Below, piece by piece: positions 1 to 12,534 of a DNA stretch of 64,000 bases. Under the pieces are notes generated by a model. That model was not told the origin of the DNA. It ran no database searches and saw nothing but the letters and a program-made list of their open reading frames with translations. The stretch comes from Lytechinus pictus (taxonomy: Eukaryota), in assembly GCF_037042905.1 (NCBI RefSeq), contig NC_087246.1, forward strand, positions 558,001 through 622,000. Direction: 5' to 3'. Each line of letters starts with the position of its first letter. The first letter of the stretch is position 1. The position numbers and the translations under genes were made by a program.

Positions 1-1
1 C

Positions 2-533
2 TAGACCAAAAGCTTCAGTCTCTGTATTTTGGTTGTTCAGCTGAACCGCGTTGGCTCAACTCACCAATACATAGACTGAAGAGTTGTTGGCCCATACATA
101 AAGACAACGTATCAGCTAACCCAGGGAGCTCCGGCCCGCTTTGCGGGCCGGGGCTAGCTGATACGTAACCCAAGGAGCTCCGGCCCGCTTTCCGGGCCGG
201 AGCTCCCTGGGTTCCGTATCAGCATGCAGCAGTAACGTTAGATCTAACATTCGGCGGAAACCCGATTTTCGGATCGTTTTTGGTACATAAAATGTCACAT
301 TATAAAAAAATAATTAAATCCAAACTTACGAGAAAATATATAAAATTCAGAAACATCGTACCTTATACCGCAGTTACCGCTAATTCCTTTCAAATGATGA
401 TCAAAACTTAGTCATCTTCGATTCCTTCGTTGGTCATCGTAAGTTGCCATCTTGGATGACGTCATCATCTGTACAGACGTATTTACCAGTCGTTATTATA
501 CCGCGATTCGTGCCGCTACTTTGCGCTTGTCTA
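2..533. mobile_element. Putative non-autonomous MULE-like element (TAGAC...GTCTA ends), same left end as 57923-58440
   Basis: First ~80 bp nearly identical to the left end at 57923; a GTCTA lies at 529-533; base 1 (c) matches the last base of the 9-mer after it (tgtgcgtgc). Left TSD lies outside the window. Confidence 0.45.
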
Positions 534-3500
534 TGTGCGTGCGTTCGGAACTTGTCGCTCGCATTGATTGGCCAGGATGTCGATAATTCTAATCAGAAAG
601 CCTTGATAAAAGCATAACTCAATGAACGTAGTTTAGGCAGTGCGCGCGTTTATAAATTATGTACTGTATAAAAGCAAATATCTCGGGGAATTATCTCTCA
701 CTCGGTCGATCGACATGCATCGCAATCGGGAGAGATAGGGGGAAAGAAGGAGGACTTTCCGTTTTTTTTAATACACAGAAAACAGGAAAAGTCGGAAATA
801 CGGAAATAAGACAGATGGCAGGAAAAAAGCCGGAATTCCGTATAAATACGGAAAAGTGGCATCCCTGCAATATGATTCAGGCATACACCGCTTTAACTGC
901 ATGGTAACATGCATCCAGAAATCAAAATGAATTCAAAACGTACGTAGCAGGAATAGCATGCAGTTCGGATGTTACATCACTCTAAAATTAGAATAATCTC
1001 GTATTACAAATGTCAATTTTGCTAAAAATGCACACAAAATCATAACTTGATAGACTGTGGGGGTCGGGATGATGTCGTTGATATAAAAATCGCATCGACC
1101 TCGATATGCAATCATTTTTGATACTGCATCGGACTTGATAACCCGCAAAATATTTTCCGACATTAGATGGCAATCCATTCTCTCTCTTTTTAATCTAAAT
1201 ATAATCTATGTATTTCAGGATCATGATATGAAAACCCTTTTATAACAAACACGATAAAAAAACGCGTCTCAAGTTATACATGGTTGATTGCCGCAAAATA
1301 TACCAATCATCTTCATTTGTTAATATTTAATCATTATCACTGATCATTATTATTCGTATTATTATGTCCGTTAATATCACTTCAAAGTTATGATTATCGC
1401 TATCATCACCACTGTTATCATCATCATCATCATCACCATCATCATTCAATCATTATCTATTTCCAATCGTTCTCCAGTATTAATTATATATTTTATATGA
1501 TTAAAAATATATGAAAGATCATGGTGATGCTGGTAATCATGAATATTAGATCGTTATGTGAGATAATTTATGCGACTTTACACGCTAATCGCTACTCGAT
1601 GATGTTGAAAGAATCTTTTAAATAGCACAAATAAAGTCGGGACGGTAGTTACTGCATACACGTACTTTAATACACTCTCATTATTACAAAAGATTCCCCA
1701 TCGGACGGGTCAACGGTCTTTTGAAGTAGGTTCATCTATTGAAATTACGACAATAATCACAACAGCGGATATGGGGAATTAAAATCTTGAGCGTGTCTCC
1801 CATTGTTTTCTGTGGCGAACCCGCTGAGCATGCTATTGTCAATGATTCTCTACTATACGGGTGAGTGATCTTGCTTTTTCATGATCATAGGCCTGGGCAA
1901 TGACTAAGAACAGTTCGATGAGTATCAATGCCAAGCAATCCTTAAAGGACAATAATGTCCAATTCTCCTGATGGAGAAGACTATATCATGGCCCTATTTG
2001 CGTTTGCTTTTAGGCCAGTAAGTGTACTAACTAATATTAATAATAAATAATTATATCCCATCTATTTTAGAGTAATGATCTAATGTTAATATTATTTTAC
2101 ATATCTCCCTGCAGCTATTACAGCCCCATATCTTTACCCGTGAAATACTGAATTTTGAAGCTTTTTTATTGAACATCATGGCATCCTAGTATTGAAATGA
2201 TGTTTACCATCACTCCAATATAGATAAAAACATTAATTTAATTATACTCACATTGATTTTACTTTAGAACAAACTCACCCCTTCCCGCTACAACCTTTCT
2301 CTAATTTTTATTATTTCCTTACCCAAATTATCCGAATTTCATTAACTATGACATAGATGGTTCTGTTGACATAATTGACTATAATGATCCTGCTGATGAT
2401 AGTGATGATAATTAACACTGATGATGGTGGTGGCGGTGGTAGTGAATGTGGTAGCCTTGATGATTATAATAAATGAAAATACTGAAAGTTACGAAAGTCA
2501 CACATTCAATGAATAATACCAAGAAACATAATTTTTGATGATATAAAATTCACACACAATGTATGCTTCTTATAGGCCTCCTATTTAATCTATTCTTATT
2601 TAAAAAAACTGCAGTGTATCCGCTGATATTCCTTCTTTATGATTTAAAGCTTTTAAGTTTATAATTATATTGGTAAATCCCGATCAAAAAAGTTCATGTC
2701 ACCATTTGATTCCCTATTACTACATTATATGAGCATGGCCCTAAAATGATTGTGATGTGATAAGTATGAAATCAAATGTGTTTTATTGGAAAATGTAGCC
2801 ATTTTCATTTTTTTCAAACAACAAGAAAAGATGAATATTAATTAAGACAGTCGTTTTTAACACAATCGCACATTGACGTCGAGGGACATGGAATCGCTCA
2901 TCTGGAGAACACTTTTGCAATTGGCGAAACGCTATCTGTAAAAGCACCGTCTACTGGTGGCTACGGCCACCATTCGGTGGCCAGGGGGGGGGGCAAGAGC
3001 AAAAAAATTCCCGGTCGTATCATGGTATGAACAGGCATAGTGGTGTAATGAGGCGTCTATTTTGAGAAGGCCAGATATTGCGTATCGGGCAGAATTTATC
3101 TTGTAAAAAAAAAGATGCGAGCGAGCGAAGCGAGCGAGCAAAATTTTAGACCTTTTTAATACAAAAATCCAATTTTGTGATGAAATTTGACATGATATCC
3201 AAAAAATAATATATTTCACTCTTCTCTCTTTAGATTCTTTTTTGTGGTCTGTACACCACTGTAAACAGGATTCTCTGCGGTAGTCATGGTAGTAGCGAGA
3301 TCAAAATTTAAAAAAAAACCGAGGGGTATAGAATAGCACATGTATTGTGCTAAAAAGCTGCTTTATATATGTCCCGAGAGAGCGAAGCGAGCGAAAAAAA
3401 ATCACCTTTTCATGAGAATCTAACTTTGAGCTATTTTTGACATATTCAGTAAATAAAATCATATCCTACACTTTTCGTTTGCTTTTCTTTCCTCCGTTTT

Positions 3501-5823
3501 TTGTTCTTATTTATAGAACTTTTGGGAGTCATAGCCCCATCCTTCCATACACAGTGCTGAGCGGTTGGGGTCCGGGGCGGAGCCCCCGAAACTTCTTGAT
3601 ATCAAAGTCATTTAAACCTCGCAGATTGCCGCTATTTTAATAAATGTTGTATGCAGTCTATCTTTTTTCCGCTCTTTAATTTCAATCATCGGCAGCCCGG
3701 TCGTGTTTTTTTTTTCTTGACCTTTTTCTTCGTTTTCCAATTAAGCTTTTTATTAATTAAATTTTACCTTCGTTTCCCGCTATTGTTACAATTTTGTCAT
3801 CTTTTAATTTATTTCCCATCGTGCTTTTGCATTACATAGGCCTAGTTCGGAATGATTTGTTCTTTCTCAAATGTTCTTCTTTCGTACATTTTCCCGCTTT
3901 CCTTCCTTTTCAATTAAACTTTTTTTTCTTCGTTTTCTTTTCCCTTTCCTCCTTTCCTTTCCCCTTTCCCTTTCTTTCTACCTCCCTTTTTTCTTTTCCC
4001 CGTTTTTTTATTTTCCCGATGAAATCCGCCAGGGGGGGCAACTTGCCCCCCCCCCCCGCCTGTTACGCCACTGGCTACGGCATGGTCTTCTGATGCATGT
4101 GAAATTAAATCGACGGGTTGGTTCCCCCACAGTCATTCCAATCGGGCGGAACGGGTTATTATCATAGGTCCAAGAACTCATGGGCAATGGCAGAGCTAGG
4201 GAAGCCTGTTTGCAATTCTCCCACTCCATTTTTGTCACTTGTATTTCTTATTAATCTTTTTACCTCCTCATTTCTTTATCCCTTCCCCTTGTCATGTTTC
4301 CTTGCATTAATTCTTCTTCCTTTCATCTTTGAATCTTTAATCCATTTTTTCCGTCGCCGCAAATAGGAACCCGCTTCAACCCCTATAATCATGATGCTTT
4401 TGTTATCTTTCCTATCCTGATAATAACTGATGTGGTATAAGTGCATTAGGTTCCTACATTAGCAATTCGATTACTATATTTCTTCGGTACACAATTTTTC
4501 TTTCTCTTTCTCATATTTTTCTTAAATCTTAGTAGTTATAATTTGTTTTCTTGTCTCAATTTCTTTTCACTCATTTTCCTTTTTTATTCATTAATTTGCT
4601 CTGTATATCTTTTCATGAAATATTACTAGAAGGGGTTCGCAATCAGATTAAAGTTGCGGCCAATTTAACTCCTTGTTACCTGAATGAACAAAGAATAAAG
4701 AACCGTTTCAGCATGGCCACTTCATGTCTAATTCCCCTCTGTTGCATGCCCTTTCACTCTTTCCCTTCCCCCCTTCATTTCTCCCCCATCGTCCACCAGC
4801 CCTCTTTACTTCTTTCCCCTTATTTTCTGTCTCTATCCATTTCCATATTATTTTGTCCCCCCTCTCCCGTTGATTCACGATCGTAAATTTCTTCCCCTCT
4901 CAAATTTCCTTTTTCTCTCTCTTTCAACCGTTTTCCTCCCTATTTTTGTTCACCCTTCCTCTTCTTCCATCCCAATATTATTTTCCTATTTCTCTCTGTT
5001 TCCCCTTCCTTTTCTTTCCCTATGATTTATTAGTTTTCTTCTTCCTCTTTTCACCTTCCCTTTTGGTCCCGCTTCTTTAAAACAAGGAGATAAAGAAATT
5101 ATCCCGGGGAAATGGTTGCCCGACCAAAAATTGAACAAACTATTAAAAACAGTTTCTAATAAATCGTAATAGTGTCAAGCTGTTCCGGTCATATTTATTT
5201 TATCATTCTATTTCCTTCTGTCTTTTTTTTTTTTTTTGGGGGGGGGGGGCTCCCGACATTTGTTTCAGATGCGAGTTATAATGAACATTACAAATTGACG
5301 TGAATTCTACGAATGGCTTGGGCCTACGAAACGAAAATACGCGGAATCTTATTTTCCCACCTAAAACATAATGAATTGACTCTCTTCCAATTGCAAAAAA
5401 AGAGAGGTTTTCATGGTTATTGCAACAAATTCGAAAGATCCGTAACGATTTATGAAACGTGCGTGATTTTTTATTAAGCTACCGTGGCTTAATGCACCCG
5501 AACTTCCATTACAGACATGATAGATGCGAATCACAGTTCAGAACAGTGACCCGAACTCTCCGATCCGACAGTCAATATGAAGGCACGCATTTGTTTTTGT
5601 CGTAGAGGGAGCTATTTAGAATAGATTCTTCGGTATTTCGACAGAAATTAAGACTTGCAGGAAAGACGAACAAAAGAACGGTGGCATCAATGGCCCTTTG
5701 ATGGCGGCCGTTCCTTTGAAGAGAAGGGAACGTTGGGCAGGAAAGCCGAAGCGAAAACCCGGATGCAGTAAAGACGCTATAGAACGGTGCATGGACTTTT
5801 GACAAGCTCCCTAACTGTCTTAC

Positions 5824-5899
5824 CATATTGACTAAACAAAAGTTCTAAGTCTTCCTCTTTACAGATGTAGGCAAGATTTCTGACAAAAAGACGCCCAGT
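5824..5899 (-). CDS. RBM19: RBM19 exon 13 (RRM3 start)
   Basis: tgtag|ACT...G|gtaag; TGRLFVRNLAYICKEEDLELLFSQY. Confidence 0.92.
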
Positions 5900-8800
5900 C
5901 TACAGAAGAAACAAGAAGATACAGATAACATAAACATGAAAATAAAATGAAATACAAGAGGGATACATTGACTCAACTGAAACAAAATGTAAAAGCTTTC
6001 CTTTCCATGAATCAGCACAGTATGCCTCTAACTGATAAAAAATATTTGAAAAGCTGCCAACCTAATTGGACCAAAAATAAATACCATCTTAGCATGGGTA
6101 TTCCTTCTCTTGATCTCTGTCTTACATACATGATCCAACAGACGTCACCCTCAAGGATATGTTAATCACCAAGCATAATTCTGTGTGTAGCTTTCTTAGG
6201 AAATTCATGCTCAATGTATTTAACCAAGGTATCATGTTCTGTCTTCTATATTCATTAATTATTCTTTTAAGTTCAACAAGTCTTTAGGTGATCAGTTCTG
6301 CTGAAAAGTTTGCACTATAAATGTGAAAGGTGTACTCATTTCTCTTGGATACTACATACCTCAGCAATAGTATCTTCTGAATTTTCCAACTCAGCAGCCT
6401 GTTCAAAGAGATTGATAGAAATCATATAAAATGATACTTCATAAAAAATTACCAAAATGTCTAGATATCAACTTTGTTAACAATAGAAGTGATATTTGCA
6501 ATTTCTATTTCTTTTTTTTGACATGCTACTTTAAAATTACCACAATAAATCAAATGTAAAGTGACCAAATGATCAAGAAAGAAAATAGTCTATATACTTT
6601 ATGAACAGGTCACAATACACCTGAGCAATACTATTATGTTATAACACTTTTATAGTTTGCATGCCTGTAATGAATCTTGCTTTCCCTTTTATCATTTGAT
6701 GGGGAGAGATATTGCTTGTTTCTTAATCACTACATGAGCGCAAGAACACCATTAGCAGCGCACTTAAGTGCATTGCGTAAGGATGTTTCTGCACCGATGC
6801 GGTGCACAAAATTGTTTTGCTAAGGGCATTCTAGCACTGACATGACGACTTGGTGTTATCTCAGGGTTGGAGCAGCTACAGTGCACAATCCCATTTCTCT
6901 CTTCTATAGTCTTCAAACTCAGACTGCTGGTCTGCTGTAGCATTTTTTTTATGAGCCGGGTCATGGCACTTGCACGCAGAGAGATATATCAGAAATGGGA
7001 TACTATCCTAGCACATGGGAATAAACCAACCTGTTTAGCCCATGGAGGATCTTCTTGATGTTTAGTATATGCATTCTTATTCCAAGCTTCTTCACGAAAT
7101 AACTCAACATATCTCCTTCCTAGGTGATCAAAGAACACAATGAAACAAACAAATGAGTTCAGAGTCAAGGGATAAAGGAATCTGTACTGCGGACGGTACA
7201 ATGGCAATTGAAAAATACTTGATTTCATTATTTAGCATCAAGCTTCATTATGCATTACTAAAATTGACACACAAAGATTGGCAAGTAAGGCCCCCCCAAA
7301 AAAAAAAAATTTGTTGTATTGGAGTAAAGGGTCACTGAAAAATAGGGTAGGTAGAGCAGGTTTTTTTTCCTTCTTCCAATCTGCACATATACCACTATTT
7401 ATACCGACACACACACCCAATATTCACACTCATACATGTACATACATGCATTCATACAAACATAAACTCACTGGAGGGTCATTTTGCTATAAACTAAACA
7501 AGATTTTAGGCCCAAGTTCGCCCATGACCTTCACAGCGTAAGACACCAAGTTGACGTAAACAGCTTGCCAGCAAAATGTCTAGCAATATCCAGGCCATGC
7601 GCAAGGCTGCGGTTAGCGCTCGGGTCTACTAACTAGAGAGAGCTGCAAATACAGTGAAACAGAGAAGGGGCTCTAGACAAGTCACCCTCAAGACAGGTCG
7701 CTCTATTACAACGTACTTGAGAGCATCTCCTCTCACAAGTAGGAAAACAAGTCAAGTCACCCTCACAAACGTGAGGGTGACCTGTCATAGGGCGACCTGT
7801 CTTGAGGGCGAATTGACCCGGATCCGGGCGTAGATATCGTCCCAATAGCGGTATTGGGCGTGCTCACGAAGAATACTCTCGCTGAAGCCGCTCGAAACAA
7901 ATATTTTGGCAGGAAAATAGGTATTCTGTCTGCAATACTTTCAGATTTTCAAAACGGCAAATTCGATCGCGAATTCAATTCGAGCACAATACACGATATC
8001 GATAGCAATAGAAAAAAAAAGTAGGGTCGGGCGGGTTACGCCAATACAACAATTTTTTTTTGGGGGGGCCTAATAGAGATATTTCTCATGAGAGACAAGA
8101 ATGTAGAAACATTTAAGAAAAATTCGTCTTTCATAAAAATTACACATCATTTTTTTTTATTGACATGCCTCTTTACATTGCCATTTTTTTTCAAATAAAA
8201 AATTAATCATCATTAAAGTAAGAATATAGTCTCAGCTGCAGAGTGAAATACTTCAAACTTTGGCATAAGTATTATAGTGAATACCAGCCCTGATCATCAC
8301 ATAAAGTATTTTCTATTGAATGGTATGACTGAATGAACTCACCCATATATTCTCTATTTCTTTTCATAGCTTTTGTGATGTCTTCTTCACACGAAAACTC
8401 AACAAATATTACACCTAGGATTCAAAGAATTTACATATAGTTATACATTTAGAAGAAAAGAAATACTCTTGACAAATCACGTATTAGAATCTAAGGTTCA
8501 AGTATCCAGGTTACTTCCAATCATTTCAAAGTTGCAATTGCAAAATATGAAATAAATACACAGTACAGTTTTTTAAATGCAATCATGAGCTTGTCCAGAA
8601 AACATAAAATATGAATAAGAGGTAAACAAAAGGTACTTATTTGAACACCATTCTAACATAGTGAATCCTATACATTTACAGCATTTACATTATAATAGCA
8701 TTATAATAGAACTTAGAATTAGTTACCAGTCCTTTGTCCTCTCTCATTCAGAGGTGCTCGAATGGCCGTTATCTTCAGCGGAGCAAAGAATTTCACCACA

Positions 8801-11800
8801 TCTTCCTAAAATAAAAATGAAATTGTAAGAGCAAATACAAAATAAGATATCAAAATTAGACAAGCTTTCAAGAAAATATGTAGCTTTTTAAATTTTAATT
8901 AATATTAGAGTACACAAACAGAAGAAATATCACTTCAATATACAATACTGAAATCAATCAATATAAATTGTTCAAGGTTTCAAATAACCATAAATCAGTT
9001 TTACCTCTTTAACATTGAAAGGCACCCCTCGTACTTTAATAGTGAAGTCTCCTCTCTCATATTTTTCATCTTTTCTGACACTTCTCATCAGTTTCACCTG
9101 CAAAAACAAAAAACGAAGAGCAGTATTCTATAGTGTAATATGGTCATAATCCATGCAGCAAGCAACAGCTAAATAGAATGATCTAGGTGGTCTTCAATAT
9201 CAACCCTAAGAAGACGGGGGGGGCTGATTCAGCCCCCCCTCGACATTTTTCGTGATAAATCTGCCGCAGGAAATTTTTTTACCGCGTCGCTCCCTGACTT
9301 TTTTCATTCAAGTCTCGCGCAACTTTTGAGACCAAAGTTGCGACCCCCGGGTACGAGATTCCGAAATTACGCAACATTTCGTAAGTGCATGCAGACCCAA
9401 AATTGCAAAAAAATGTTAATTTGTGTACAAATCAAATGCAAATAGTGTTTTTAGCCAAAATTCAGAAATGTATCATTATTTTTCCTTTTCCTGATTGAAA
9501 TCAATTAATTCCATCTTATTTATGGTCCAAATAAAGTCCCCGACAATTTCCATTGAAAAAACAATAAAAAACAGAAAGTCGAAAAACAAGGAAATACATA
9601 AGAAATTTAGAAAACAATGAAATACATAAGAAAATAAATGTGATTTTGAAATGTTTTGTTAGTACATTTGATCAGATTCATATAAAGTGTCTGTTTACCA
9701 AAAATTAGCATTTTAGGGGCATTATTTAGTTAATTAAAGCAAACTTTTGATTTACGCATAGATTAGCATAATCAATTAGCAATGAGATTTTTTCGCAGAA
9801 TTTGATCTTGCAGTTTGTAGATTATGCCATGGGTAACGCGCGTGCCAAGTTTTGTCGCAATCGGGCGATCGACGGCCGAGATCCCCCCCAGTCTTCTTAG
9901 GCATCGAAATAGCCCAGTCTATTTAGGGTTAAGAGCTCCTGTGAAGCATGAACCAACTTAGCTTTCTGCTTTAGATCTTTTTTTAGAATCAGAGTTGAAT
10001 GGTGCAGCAGAAGAGTACAATGCCTCAAAACATGAAGAGGGAAATAACAATGATGGTGCAAATATCTTTAACTTTGTTTGTTAAGTACTACAATATATTA
10101 AGAAATGTCATACAGAACTGTTGTTGGGCTAGCAGCATGGGCTGTAATTTTTTACTCATGATTTTGACTTCATTACAAACATCATATAACACAATCTTTA
10201 ATAAACCATTATAATATGAAACATCTTTTCAAGAGATCAAGAGGAACTCATTACTTCTGAAATACAAAATTTTCCACAAAAAAAAACTTCAAAGTACATG
10301 TCCAATGAAAATCATCCCAGACAGTAATTATGGTGTCGAGCACTATTGAAAAGCAACATACCTTATTCTTCCTGACTCTTTCATTAACAGGTGATGTCTT
10401 GGCTTTAGGAACTTCTTTTATCTCTGTTTTTACTTGCTTCTTATCCTGCTTTTCTTCCTCTTCTTCTTCGTCACTTTCCTCATCTGATGACGATGACTCG
10501 TCTTCACTGCTTCCATCTTGAATTCCTTCATCTTCTGTCTGAATTTTTACCATCTTTGATTTTAGGTACTGAAAACAGCATAAGAAAAGGGAAATACATA
10601 TCATGAACAAATGTAAAGACCCCTTCAATATCAGTTTTATTACAAAGGCCCTGGCCTAGCTGTCTTCATAACGGTTCCACAAGAAATCTAAAACAAAAAT
10701 CAAAATCAAAAAGAAAATATTGGATTTCATAAGTTAGCGGGCCCTAGTATTCATGGATTTTGTGTCATGAAATATGGAACCAGAACATAGATATTTTCCG
10801 TATTTAGCGAACAATATTACTGTTACTCTACTAGCATTAATTAAATGTTTGGTGTTACAGAGAACATATGACAACACTGTTCACAAAATTGTTACATGGC
10901 AAAATCTTCAAGATTTTTCCCATTTGTTTGTGTCTTTAGGCAATGAAATGAATGCAGAGCTGCCAACATTGGAAAGATAGAATCCAGTAGATTTCGCGGA
11001 GGTATGATTTTGTGAGGGAGCGGCGAAATGAGTTTCCTGTGAAAATTGTCACACAGTCCCATTCCGCTTGAAAATTATCTTTATACTTCGAAAAGTATTT
11101 TGTCATCTTGGTCTTGGATGACTCCATCTCCAAGATCTCCATGGGCATGGTCACTGACGATGCGATTGTAGTGTGGATGAATCGGGATGGGGCGTGCTTC
11201 GCACAGCTCAGCCGGCCAGCGCCAGGGTAGCTCACTCACGAAAGAGAAAATGTTCGAATCCGATCAACCCAAGTGAAAGTAGGCGAAAAAATCTCCACTT
11301 TGCTTCTGGTTCTTCAGGATTGTCAATAAAATTATTCCTGAAACTGAAAGTCGGGGTGTAAAAGTAATTCACTTGTTAATCCCATCGTTGATCCACAGTT
11401 TCAGCTCGAATAAAGCGCACACAAGCTTACGAGAAATGACTCGCAGTGCTCGTGAACGTCCCTTCTCGTAGCTTCCTGGCGCAGCGCGGCCGGCCGGCTG
11501 GAGCTAGCCGCGCCGGGGCGCATCGGGGGCCATGTGCATGGAGTACCGCTGAAGTGTTTTCATCACACACATCGCAGAACCCGGAAATAAAATGGCTTGT
11601 TAGACTACTTCACCAGTCGTTCAGTTTAATTATCGTCATTTACATTGGAAATCAATGTACGATTATACAAAAACTGGTAAAAGTTACTGGGTAAAATGAA
11701 AATGTGATAAAGAGGTTCCACGTGGGTGTTAGGGAGTTGAACATGCTAGAATCGTAAAACAGTCGTTTGTATGAATTTTACAATTTAACAGCTAACAATC

Positions 11801-12498
11801 CTGATTATCCGGGAGATTTTGGCATGGGGTCGGGAGAACGGGAGATTGGATCGCAATCCAGTATTCTCCCGCAGGATCCGGGAGACTTGGAAGCTCTGTG
11901 AATGTAGTAAATACTCACATCCATATCTGAGAGATTTTTCTTATTTGCTTCTTTTCCAGTCTGATCATCCTCGACATCATCTTCCATCTCCTCTCCCTCA
12001 TCATCGTCCTCATTATCAGCATCATCACTAACTTCCTCCTCGTTCACAGTCTTCTTGCCAGAAGCTATAAATAAAACATTTTGAATCAGAATCATTTTCA
12101 AATCGCTTTTGACTTTTGAAGATTGTTTCGTTATTTTCAAATGGCACAAAATTCTAACAATGGCATTTTGCCAGTGTTTTTAAGTAAGCTTTTGCCAGTA
12201 ATGATACAAGCTTCATCATTTAAAAAACAAGTTTAAAAATTTACCAGTTTCAGATGATTATTTGGTCAACAGAAGATATATGCTTCAATAATTATCAAAT
12301 ATTACCTGTGACTAGCTTATTTTTTGATGGGATCACATCCAATCCACCTTCTGTCTTATCTTTCTTAGAGATTCCTGCATCGTTATCCCAGATCCCTTTA
12401 TCTGTCTGTACATTGTGAGCTTCTAAAAACTCTTGAAATTTGGGATCATCTTCCAACTGAAATAAGAAAATACCAATATAAAACAAATAATACAAAGA

Positions 12499-12534
<36 letters not shown>

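Noticed and set aside
1765..1866. Possible plus-strand exon ending in gtgagt
   Set aside because: Weak acceptor, no partner exons and no recognisable protein.
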